DNA of 64,000 bases from Felis catus (Eukaryota): assembly GCF_018350175.1 (NCBI RefSeq), contig NC_058369.1, positions 10,294,001-10,358,000 on the forward strand. Reading direction: 5' to 3'. The translations under genes were made by a program, and so were the position numbers. Under the pieces are notes generated by a model, which had not been told where the DNA came from, did no database searches, and worked only from the letters and a program-made list of their open reading frames with translations. Of this stretch, positions 23,229 through 35,200 are shown piece after piece (position 1 is the stretch's first letter; each line of letters opens with the position of its first letter).

Positions 23229-23829
23229 GTGGCGAACTGGGAGGAGACCAGGTCTTAGACATTGTCTCCCAGCTCTGGGGGCTGGAGGAAACTCACCAAG
23301 TCCTCGCTCCCGGCTCCGCGGAAGCAATCCTGGCCGCGGGGGGCTCCTGGTCTCATAATGACTGAGCTGGAGCGGAAAACTCCCTGGCTCTTCTGAACCC
23401 TGGGGTGCTGGCCCAGGGCTCCCTTACTGCCTACCTGATGTGGAACAGCTTCTGGGAAAGCAGGTGGGGAAAAATTGTCCTTGACAAAGCAACTTTCTCA
23501 ACGTCCCAGGTGAGGTTTGCCTGACCTAGGGGGCAGAATCAGGCCTCTGGCAAGACTTGGCCTGTGAAGCTTCCAGAAAGGCAGACCACCTGAGAGGCAA
23601 GCCCGCCCCCTCCCCCAATGTGTGGTCAGATTCCCAGGACAGTGGCGGTGGCTACCTATGCCTGCCTGCTTGTGCCTTTAGGCTGTTGGTGGTTTATAAA
23701 GATCTTCGATGAATGATTCACTTTTACTTGCTGTGGACCTTCCTGGACTATTAGCTCTTGCCGTGTGAGAGCTTCTCAAAATGTCAGTTCGATGTGTGGC
23801 CCTTGCCCAAGGTGACGGTCTGCTGTGGG

Positions 23830-24190
23830 GGAGGGCGTGTTCCACAATAAAGCACCGTAGACTGGCTTAAATGCGAGAAGTTTACTGTTTCCTCATTCTG
23901 GAGGCTGAAGTCTAAGACTGGCGGGTCGAAGTGGTTGGTTTCTGGGGAGGTGTCTCTCCTTGAGTTGTATCTGGCCCTCGGCTCCCCGTGTCTCCACACG
24001 GACTTGTCCTTGTGCGTATCTGTGTCCTAATCTCTTCTTCTTATGGAGACATAGGTCATATTGGATCAGGGCCCCTTGCAATGACTTCGTTTTCATGAAT
24101 TACCTCTTCAAATACAGTCACATTCCCACGTCCTGGGGGTTGGCACTTGAACACGTGAATTCTGGGGGAGAGCAGGACAGCCTGCAATAC
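23830..24190 (-). mobile_element. MLT1-type MaLR LTR
   Basis: ttctggaggctgaagtctaaga...gtgtcctaatctcttcttcttat...caaatacagtcacattc. Confidence 0.7.
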
Positions 24191-25861
24191 CCTCTAATGG
24201 ACCGGTGCTCCGCCCAGTGATTCTGACCATCAGAAACACCCTCGAGGGGAGGCTGGTACTACCCACGGCTGAACACAACGCAACAGGGCAGACCCTTTGG
24301 ACAATCCCCCAGTTGTATCCAAAGGGACGTGGGCATTCCCCAAACTGATCAATTGCTTGATCAACAACTACCCTTGGTGAGTAGCTGAATCCTCGTGTTG
24401 ACTGACAGCAGGGGATCGAGGCAAGGAGGCTCTGGGCAGAGGGGCAGTGGGGGAGGTTAGCGTTCACTTCCCTTCCAGCCCCCCTCTCTCCTTGTCTCCT
24501 CCCCCGTCTACACCTGTCCCCAACTCACCAGGACTGAAACCAGCCCCCCCATACAGCCCATAGACTATAGCGTGGGTGGGTATCCAACCCCAGGGGGCCG
24601 TTGGTCCAAGTGACTGTTTATCTGGGGTCAGGGGAAGTTCCTGCATCTCAGAAGAGGAAATGTGAGCTTCTTGCAATGTGTTGAAAAATGGAGAAGCAGG
24701 GGCTGTGGTCACATCTTTGGGTCATGCTGGGGTGTTCCACAGTGGGGCTGGCTCAAACCTATCTCCCTCCCACATCTTTCATGATTGTCTAGTTTTAGGT
24801 AGAGAGATAAGTGTGAAGGAGGTCCCCTTTACCACTTTGGGCGTAAGGGAGCAAAGGCTGGGCATTTGTGGTGCATAAAAATAACAAAAGTCACCGTTTA
24901 TCAAGCATGTACTGTGTGCTAGACAGACACAACGACTCTGTGAAGTTGGAACAACTACCAGCCCCATTTTATAGCTGGGGAAACTGAGGCTCGTCCATCA
25001 TCATCTAGTGGCACAGCTCATATTTGGACTCAGTCTGTGCCTCCAATGGTTGATCTCTTTCTGCAGCACCTGCCACCTTTCAAGGGTCTGTAAACTCGAA
25101 TTATCCCTGAGACCCCAACCTTGTAGCTCTTGTCTCAGTTGGCAGTCATGGGAAGGGAACAGTGTGGTGTGATGGAACAGACATCCTGGGCTGAGGCAGG
25201 ACACTAGGAATTGAGTTCTGGGTCTGTTGATAATAACCTGTGCGGCTCTCCTGGGGCTGTGATGAAAATGCGGGTGAGAGGAAGGGTAGGAAGAAAATTA
25301 ATCTATTCTGAAGAGAAAACTAATGGGATTTGCTGATGGAGTGAATGTGGGGTGTGAGAGAAAGAGAAGAGTAAAGAATTACTCCAAAATTTTCAACTAA
25401 AGGAACAGGAAAGATGGAGTTATTATTACCTAGAGCTGAGGAAGAAAATAATGCTTGTGGACACATTTATTTTTGTTTTAATTAAAAAAACTTTAAGTTT
25501 ATTTATTTACAGAGACTCGATAACACATCTTTGAACACAGCTTGGACTGGCTGCCTTTCTTTCTCTGACTCCCGTCTTCACATTCCTGCTCGTGTTTCCT
25601 GGGATCACCTCCATAATAAAGTACTTATGCTCGAATCCTTGTCTCAGAGTTTGCTCTTGGGGGAATCCAAATCGAGACACTCTGGGACAGGAGAAGACAA
25701 GCCTGTGGCGTGGTTCTGGCTTGCCTGGGCTGGAGGGGTTTCTGGGATGTGGGATGCTCAGTGCTAAAGCAGGGAAAGTACTGGGCAAACTGGGATGAGT
25801 TGACCACTCTTATAGGACGATCGTGCCAGAGAAGCCAAGAAGACAGAGCTTAAGAAGCAAA

Positions 25862-26152
25862 GGGGACAATGCATATGTAGATCAAACCATCATGGACAAT
25901 TTACGTAGATCAAACCATCATGGACAATTTATGTAGATCAAACCATCATCGACACTTCACGTAGATCAAACCATCATGGACAATTTACGTAGGTCAAACC
26001 ATCATGGACAATTTATGTAGATCAAACCATCATCGACACTTCACGTAGATCAAACCATCATGGACAATTTACGTAGGTCAAACCATCATGGACAATTTAT
26101 GTAGATCAAACCATCATCGACACTTCACAGAGATCAAACCATCATGGACAAT
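25862..26152. repeat. 28-bp minisatellite (VNTR), ~10 units, with a 3-unit higher-order period
   Basis: Unit CATGGACAATTTACGTAGATCAAACCAT recurs every 28 nt from 25891 to 26143. Confidence 0.95.
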
Positions 26153-27831
26153 TTTTATGTGTTAGTTATACCTCAATAAAGCTGGACGAAATTGAGATAC
26201 TTGATTATGAAAAAGAAAAAGAAAAGAAGACCCGTGCAACTAAGGGTGACCCAAAGGTCAAGTTAGAAAAGATTGGGAAGTCTCCATCCTTAGCACAGAG
26301 GAAGCATTTGGGACATTGAGCCGTTCTTGGGTGTGTTGGAGGCAGAAATCAGACAGCAGTGGTTGAGCGGTGAGGGGGCGGCAGGAAGTGGGGATAACAG
26401 AGCGTAAACAACTTTTCTAGAATGTTGGGTGGAGAGAGAGAAAGGGAGAGAGAGAGAAGTTAATGCAGCAGAGAGGATTTTTTTTTTTTTAATTACATCG
26501 AATGGACCTGAATGCCTCCCCCCTACTCTTCCAAAACCCCCTATCATTCCCATGTCAGATCTCCTGGGCATCTCAGGCTAATTCTTCTCCTTCGCAATTT
26601 TCATCAATTGGCATTTTGATCTGTGCTTTGAGATATTTCTTCCACGTGTTCTTCAAAGCCACTAATTTGGCTCTTGACAGTGACCGTACTCTTCTCTCGT
26701 TGATCCAGAAAAGTCTCTTGTTCATTTATCCCATTTTTATTTAGTTCCAAAGGGCATTTTGGTTCTGTACTCGAATCTCCTTACATTCTTATTTGATTGT
26801 GTTCAGTTCTTATTGGAATTATTCTCGTGTTAAGTTGTCTGTCTACTCCAGCAGGTCTGTTGGGAGGGCGTCAGTTACATCGGACCATCCTCTTTGCAGC
26901 TGCCAGGACCTGTCAGTGTTGTCATTTCTTCTTGGGGCTCAGACCTGGGGCTGAGAACTCTAAGCAGGGGCAGTTTCCCAAGCGATGGGAGGAGGCGGAT
27001 TCTTTGCCCCAAGAGGTGCATGTGCACACCAGGCAGGTAAGCAGAGACACCTCCTTGTTCCCCGGTCTCTGCTTCCTCCTAGATTCAGGAGCAGGGCTCC
27101 TCTTGGAGTTCTTGGGGGCCAGAGGGATCTCAACACACACACATACACACACACAGACACACACACACGGGAGTGATGCGGGCCTATCCCTGGACCCCTG
27201 TGGGCCAGACTCTTCCTGGGATGGGCAGTGTCTGATCTTCAGCCTGGAGTGTCCTTCAGCTTATCTTGGGACTCTCCACCTGGTGCATGGGGGAGACATT
27301 TCACCCCCAGATTTCCCTTTGGGGATTCCCCTAGAGACACCACCCTCATCTCTACCCAGATGCCATTGGTCCCAGCAGACTCTGGGTTTAAAGAAGCAGA
27401 TACATTAGTGTAGGGGATGGAGAGGAGTTGAGAAATGTACAAGTGGCCATTTTCCTAGATTCTACCATTTCTCTTCCTTTAGCACAAGGGCCAGCAAATT
27501 ATAGCTTGGTGGGGGGGGGGGCTGTCAAATCCTGAGTGCAGCCTGTTTTCGTATGGCCAGTGAGTTAGAAATGGTTTTTATATTTCTTTTTTTTTTTTAA
27601 TTTTTTTTTCAACGTTTACTTATTTTTGGGACAGAGAGAGACAGAGCATGAACAGGGGAGGGGCAGAGAGAGAGGGAGACACAGAATCGGAAAACAGGCT
27701 CCAGGCTCTGAGCCATCAGCCCAGAGCCTGACGCGGGGCTTGAGCTCACGGACCGCGAGATCGTGACCTGGCTGAAGTCGGATGCTTAACCGACTGTGCC
27801 ACCCAGGCGCCCCGGTTTTTATATTCCTAAT

Positions 27832-27864
<33 letters not shown>

Positions 27865-28931
27865 TCCTGAAAAGTCTAAAATATTTGTTATTTGGCCATT
27901 GGCAGAAAAAGTTTGCTAACCTCTTTTTAGTTTCTTTCTTTATTAAAGCTTATTTATTTATTTTGAGAAAGAGAGAGTGGGGGGGGGTGCAGAGAGAAAG
28001 AGGGAGAGAGAGAGAATCCCAAGCAGATTCCACACCGTCAGCACAGAGCCCGATGTGGGGCGCAAACTCCTCAACTGCGCGATCATGACCTGAGCTGAAA
28101 CAAACAGTTGGATGCTTTAACCGACTGAACCACCCAGCGGCCCCTTTAGTATATTTAAATACCACTGGGGGAAGAACCAGGAGACAGGAGGTCGGAGAGG
28201 TGGGAGACTCAAGACAGAGAGAGGAGATATCAGTGGAGAAAAGTCCCCAGAGAGGCCGGAGGGGATAAGCAAAGCACAGAGGGAGGGGTTAGCCTTGAAT
28301 CAGAGGAGAGATCCCTTTGCTGTTGTGGAAGAATGGAAGAAGGGACGAAGGGCACCAGTAAGGGAAGGAAGCAAGGGTAGGCATGGATGTGGATGTATTT
28401 GTAAAGGACGTCAGGAAGTTGGGGTAGTTTCTGTCAGCTGGTGTTTGTTATCTCTGAAGGAGTCGACAAGGTCTCCTGCCTCATGTAAGGGGAAAGGTGA
28501 TGGGGGCAGAGGAAGGAAGTGAAAAGCTACAGCTTTTCTTGGGGGGAAGCGCACTACGGACAGGAAGAACAAATTCCGGGTAGCATGGAGAGTCTGGTGT
28601 ATATCAGAAAGCACGTATTTGCAATGACTCCAAACCGAGTGATTCTGGGATCTCACTGCCTTGATGGAGAAGTGGTTTGTTCACAAGGAAGGATGCTTTG
28701 GACTCCAAATAACATTACCCGACCCAAAGTGGCTTAGCAATAGGGTCGTGTAGCAGCCCAAACCAGGACGTCATGGGAAGGCTGCCCTTGAATTTGTCTT
28801 TGTTTCTATCAAGGAGAAGAAGTATTTTCCAGTAGGTGTTTCTTATATCTCATTGCCCAGAACTGGTCCAGATGCACCCATCCTAAACCAGTCTCTAGCA
28901 GATGGGAACACAATCGCTACGGCTAGTTTAG

Positions 28932-29167
28932 GCTGGGGTTTCTTGACCTCAGAGCTACTGACATTTAGGGATTGATAATCCTTGGTTGTGTGGATGTGGG
29001 GGCTGTCTTGTTCATTATGGGACGTTTAGCAGCATCCCTGCCCTTCACCACATACATGCCAGTAGTATTCCCCTGCCTTTCCCCAGTCCTGACAACAAAA
29101 AATGGCCTCCAGACTTTGTCAACTGTCCTATGGGGGTGGGGAATCACCTCTGGTTGAGAATAACTGG
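28932..29167. mobile_element. MER20-like hAT DNA transposon (similar copies ~43605-43790, ~49950-50150, ~56865-57100)
   Basis: ggtttcttgacctc..ctactgacattt..gggctgtc..tttagcagcatccctg..ggttgagaataactg. Confidence 0.7.
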
Positions 29168-29821
29168 GCTCGGACCAGTCTCAGCTGGCCCCCTGCGTCC
29201 AGGCACACTGCTGTCCCACACCTGCAAATAACCAAGGTTGTGTTGATAAGGAGCATATGATATGGTGACGGCTGCTGGGTTAGCAATCTGTAGTGACTGC
29301 CATTGTTGGACTGGTCCTGGATCAAGGTGTTCCCAGGAATCAGAATGGAATCAGAATGAGGGAGCAAGGTGTCACGATTAGGGGAGAAAGTCTTTCGACA
29401 TGGTTGACCATGAGCTTTAGCCTGGATAAGAAAGGAGGTACAGCTGACAGTTTGGAGAAGATGAGGGTCTGAAGGACTGGATGAGTTTCAAGAGCAAGGT
29501 TAGGACGAATGCGTGTAAGAATTTGAGGAAAGGCCTTTAAAGGGGCCTTCCTTGTTTACAAAATGTCCAGGGATTATTTGCAATGGTCATGATTGGGGTC
29601 CCCAGCGACAAGCACTGGCTGAGCCCATGACAGCGAAGAGAAACCCAATGCAACACCCATTTACTGGGGGCCCGTTATGCAGAACAAACACTTCAGGAAG
29701 TAAAGGCTGAACATTTCCTCTCCAAGGAGGTCAAAGGTAATGGTCCCCCTGGTCTCCAGCTCTGTTCTTCACGATGCCAACCAAATCCGTGGCTGTGACT
29801 TTCCATGTGGGGTCGAATGTT

Positions 29822-29868
29822 CTAGTTCGAATATTTTCTCTTCAGTTGCTCTGGGAAAACATCCCCCC
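29822..29868 (-). CDS. ADGRE3: ADGRE3 ancestral terminal exon ([14 protein letters not shown]) with a degenerate acceptor
   Basis: GAT GTT TTC CCA GAG CAA CTG AAG AGA AAA TAT TCG AAC TAG resembles the human C-terminus GDVFPGQVKRKY. A CTAAC branch-like site lies upstream, but there is no in-frame AG. Confidence 0.65.
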
Positions 29869-31952
29869 CTCCCCCAACAAGCAAAAGACGGTTAGATTAA
29901 AGGTAGACATAAGGATGAAACAGAACAAAGCAACCATCACCCCCACCCCCACCCCCATCAATAAAACAGAAAGTGCAGAAGTGGGTTAAAGGCAGTGTTA
30001 CTTAAGTGGTAGGTCCCTTGCCTCCTCAGTATACCATTTGTCGAATGGCCAAACACCAAAACAGTATTTGATGGTAAGCTGGTAATTTATTCAATGGCCA
30101 GAGAACAGAGATGGGGAGCTTGTGTTCTTTTTTAAAAATTTATTTTTAAAATTAATCTTTTTTTAAAAATTTTTTTGGGGGGGGAGAGGCAGAGAGAGAG
30201 AGAGAGAGAGGTGTGTGTGTGTGTGGGGGGAACCTCAAGCAGACTCCACGCTCAGGACAGAGCCTGAAATGGGGCTCAATCCCATGACGTCATGACCTGA
30301 GCCGAAACCAAGATTCGGGCGCTCAACTGACTGAACCACCCAGGCACCCCAGGGAGCTCATGTTCTAAAGGCACCTTCTCCCTGGTTAGGTCTCATGGTC
30401 AGGGTTTTATGGGGTTAGGCTAATTAAGGGGCTGATAAGCAAAGCTGACGTGGGGGCTTTTCAGGCAAGGGGGAGGGGGCTTCTAGGAACCGAAGTGCCA
30501 CCTCTTTTCTTCCCCCACGTGGACACAGTTGGATCTGTCATGGTGCCGGTAGGTGTGTGTGTGTTTTTAAATTCTTTTAACATTTAATTCATTTTTGAGA
30601 GAGACAGAGCATGAGTAGGGAAGTACAGAGAGAGAGGGAGACACAGAATCGGAAGCAGGCTCCAGGCTCTGGGCTGTCAGCACAGAGCCCGACGGGGGGC
30701 TCCAACCCACGAACTGTGAGATCACGACCTGAGCTGAAGTCGGATGCCCAACCAACTGAGCCACCCAGATGCCCCTAGGTGTGCTTTTTTTAAAAAATCA
30801 CAGTTGGATGGAAATGATATTGAGGTCATCTGGATGGTTAGCCTGGTGTCTGAACTGGATCAAACTGGTCAAAAACTGGGTTATTGTGGCTTTTTCAGAG
30901 CCTGTTAGCAAGTCCTTGGTGACAAGAGCTCCATCCAGCAGGAAAGAATGACATGATCGCCTAGCATTTTGGAATCTTAGGACAGGTGTGGCCTTCTTCA
31001 GCTTAAATGGGAGGACCTCTTGGGGCGCCTGGGTGGCTCAGTCGGTTGAGCATCTGACTTCGGCTCAGGTCATGATCTCGCAGTCCGTGAGTTTGATCCC
31101 CGCGTCGGGCTCCGTGCTGACAGCTCGGAGCCTGGAGCCTGCTTCGGATTCTGTGTCTCCCTCTCTCTCTGCCCCTCCCCTGCTTATGCTGTCTCTCTCT
31201 CTTTCTCTCAAAAATAAACAAACATTAAAAAAATTTTTAAGAAGTGGGAGAATTAAAAAATCCCAAATGAAGAATTCTTTTTTTTTTTTTTTAGTTTTAA
31301 AAAAATGTTTATTTACTTATTTTGAGAGGGGGGAGAGGCTGAGAGAGAGAGAGAGAGAGAGACAGAGAATCTCAAGCAGGCTCTGCCCTGTCAGCACAGA
31401 GCCCAATAGGGGGCTTGATCTCACGAATCTGGGATCACGACCTGAGCTGAAACCAAGAGTCAGATGCTTTGACCTGAGCTGAAGTCGGACACTCAACCGA
31501 CTGACCACCCAGGTGCCCGACGTCTTGTTCCTTTTGTATGTCTCTTGCCCACTGCAGCACCTTGACACGTTGCAGAACTCAACAAATATCACGTTTACCA
31601 CCTACAAGTTACAGCCTGGTTTAAAAGCTGCACAAGAAAAGCAATACCTCCTGTAGCAGCCAGTGAGGACAGGGGTTCCTGGCCTCGTTATATGAGTCAT
31701 TGTATGCAGGAAGTCCAAAGCTACCATTTCCCTCCTGTTATTTACGGTTCATTCACAGAACTCTCTGTCTAGTCAGACATGACTTTTTCCACAAACAATA
31801 TTGCCTGGTTGCAGAACTGACCTTCCAACGTTAGCAAGTTTCTAGAGAGCACAGCTAGGAATTTAACCCAAGGGCAAATTTGTCCATGGAGAAAGAGAAA
31901 GGATTTAAAAAAAAATTTGTTATAGAGAGAGTGCATGAGCAGGGGAAAGGGG

Positions 31953-31988
<36 letters not shown>

Positions 31989-32201
31989 CTTAAGCAGGCT
32001 CCACACTTAGCACAGGGCTCAAACCCACAACCCAGGGATCACGACCAGAGTCGAAATCAAGAGTCAGACACTCAACTGACTGAGCCACTCAGGCGCCCTG
32101 GATTTTTTTTTTTCCTTAGCTTTTTAATCATACTCTGTGCCTAGAAAAGTAAAAGCTTCACAGATTCTTTTAATTAAAGTGAATGTATTTCCTACAGGGA
32201 G

Positions 32202-32252
<51 letters not shown>

Positions 32253-35200
32253 CCCTATATATATATTCCCATATATATATATATATATTCCCCTATATAT
32301 ATTCCCCTTTCAAAGATACACTCATCTTACTCAATTTCCACAATGTTACAGAACAATAATAAAAAAAATTCCTTATTTATTGTAGGAAACCAGTTACTGG
32401 AGTGCTGGAAGCTTTGAAAATTATTCTGGATTATCAAGGAAGTCTTTTAATGGTCACAGCCAGCAGTCAGTCCCTTTTACAATTTTACTCTCATTGGGAA
32501 TGATTTAAATCTGATACTCACAGTTTTGTTTTGTTTTCTGATCACTTGACTTGCCCTAAGATTTTTTTTTTTTTTTTTTTGGTCTTGTTTTCCTTTTAGA
32601 CCTTTTGGAGAGATTTTGAATGAATTCGCCTCCAGTTAGGGATAGATGCTTCTTTAGTGACTCAATATTTCCAGTGCTGAGAATATCACATATTAGCTCA
32701 AAGAATGTGGAAAACTATGTGTCTCAATTCTGTTTATTTTAAAAACAACACATTCGAAGGCTCCTTGGCTAGCAGATGTGGTGGGTGTATGGGAGCATAC
32801 AAATGAGACTGGGAAAAATTTTTTGGATTACGAGTTTTGGAGCCCTTTTTGCCTATCTAGGGGCATGCCTTCTTGGAGAAGTATGTTCTCTCATTTCTCC
32901 AAAAAGGCAAATAAGGGACAGCTACAGAGAGGTCCAAGGTAGTGCTGGAAACTCATTCCTTGGTGCATCGAGTCTGAGTTAAGTCAATGGAGGAACAGTT
33001 GAAGACCAGCTATCAAGTTCCACGGAGGTCCTCTTTCTAACAAGACCATTTCCTCTCCCTGGAAGGTCCCATTATTCCATATGCTCCTCTCCTATAATTA
33101 TGTAGAGCAGCTGGGGTGAGGTGCCTCTCCTGGAGCCCTTTCTGCCAACACCACTGGGCTTACGTCCACCTCTCCAAGGGATAGCGGGATTTCAGAGGAT
33201 GATGACCACTGCTCTATGTCTGTGATTCTAAGCCTCCCCCTCCAAGGATTCTACGTTAGATGGTACTTATGCTGGTGACACGTTTGACCCTTACTCGTTT
33301 GTATGATGAGAATACATACACAAGCCAGCTTAAGCACTGTCAGTAATCAGGGAAGGGTCAACTGAGGAACGATACGGTAAGAATGAGAAATGCAAACCAG
33401 GTCATCAGGAAAAGAGCTCTCCGTCATACCCTCCAGGGAAGGGACCTCATACTAAGACGCGGAGAGGGGGCTTTGGGTGTCAAGGGAGGAAACATTAGAA
33501 TAAATCACAAGTCCTCTTACCTCACTGGGTCTTGAGTTTGTGCCAAACCTGGTGGAAAGTGTGTAAGTCTCAGACTCAGGTTTAGATTTCATGATCTCTC
33601 TGAACCATTTTCGGACCTGGAATATCAAAGACAAGACTGGAATGGTTTCTGTTAACATTGGTGGGTGAAGAGAGAAACCAGTGAGTCAGGAATAGAACAA
33701 GTTTTAAAAAACTTCAACAACACGTGGCATATGTGGACAATGAAATATTATTCATTGAGCCTTAAAACGGAATGGTATTCTGATACAGGCTGCCACGTGG
33801 ATGGACCTTGAAGGCATTACGCTCAGTGAAATAAGCCTGGAACAAAGGACAAATATCGTCTGGTTCCACATACCTGAGATCCTTATAATAGTCTAAGTAA
33901 TTGAGCCACAAAGTAGAATAGGGGTTACCAGGGACTTAGTGGTGGAGAATGGGTAAAAGAATGGATATGTGGACAGACAATGTGGCAAAACAAATATAGC
34001 ACAAAGATAATTGAAGTGATTGGTATATATGTGTCCATTGCATAATTGTTTTAACCTTTTTGTGTTTTTGAAAATGTTCATAATAACATGTTGGAAAGAT
34101 TAACTTATTTTTTAATGCCGTCATAGAACTATTAAAACGTATTAGTATGGAAACTATCCCATCACATGGAAATGTGATTAAGAATTCATGTGTGTAAGTG
34201 GTGTGGTGGATTGCATTAGAGATTTCAATTATTCACTCCTCTGTCACAGTATTACACCCTGTCTTAGCCTCCTGGTGGCTAGAGGGTTCTTTTCCCTTGA
34301 CTTTGGGCTTGGACATATGACTTTCTTTGGCCAAGGCAATATCAGTGGAAGTGATTCAAGCAGGACCACAAGGCTTGAAATGGCCCCTGTCCAACAGGAC
34401 TTGTCTTCTTGTGATTTTGCCATTGTCATCAGAAGAACAGATCCTAGGGAGCTTCTCGCTCTCCGCTAAGCCTCAGGAGGAGTCTCAAGGAGAAGACCTG
34501 AACATAATCTACATTCTAGAACCAAGCCAAGCTGAGCCCAGACAAGATCGGCTGAATCTCTATCAGACTTGAGAATGAGAAAAGCAAACGTTTGTGTTTC
34601 GGCTCCGGAGATTTTTGAGGTCGTTTGTTACACAGCAATAGCTGACTATTACAAATGGGAAAACTGAAGAAAAACATATTTCCTTGATGTAGCAACTATT
34701 TACTTTCTGAAAGCTGTTAATAAATTCATGTATCTTATAATCAAGAATATCTTGAAGTAGAGAGAACATAGATAGTGTTTACACATGGCTCACAGCTTAT
34801 ATGAAAATTCAGAGAACATAGATTGAAATGATTCAAGGGTTCATTACACTATGTCCTAACTTTATGACAATAAAAAAAGGGGTTGGTGTTTACCTGCTGG
34901 CTGAGGAGGCAGTACACCAGGAAGATGAACGCTCCCTGCAGGCTGTTGATGATGGTGAAGAGGTAAGCCATGACGCGGGCAGCTGGCCCCACCTGCAGGA
35001 CGCCCAGACACCACGTGCAGCCCAGGATGAGGAGCTGAGCCGTCGCTTTGAATGTCAGCATCCTGGGTAGGAGGAGAGAGGAGGCTCATGATGCACCGGG
35101 AGCAACAGCCCCCTCCCCACCCCACCTGTTTTCAAATCCACTCCACGGATGCTTCCTACTGAGTAGCGATCAACTTGGATCTTTATCGTCAATGATTCCA

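Noticed and set aside
23846..23851. AATAAA as the CLEC17A poly(A) signal
   Set aside because: Plausible but lies in a MaLR LTR; not assignable without 3'-end data.
25862..26152. CRISPR-like regular repeat
   Set aside because: No unique spacers, no cas genes, mammalian context; it is a tandem VNTR.
27047..27095. SLFPGLCFLL peptide resembling the ADGRE3 signal peptide
   Set aside because: Wrong strand and position, no matching splice sites; probably chance.
28515..28524. Perfect EICE motif GGAAGTGAAA
   Set aside because: Isolated hit in purine-rich old repeat-like DNA with no supporting cluster.
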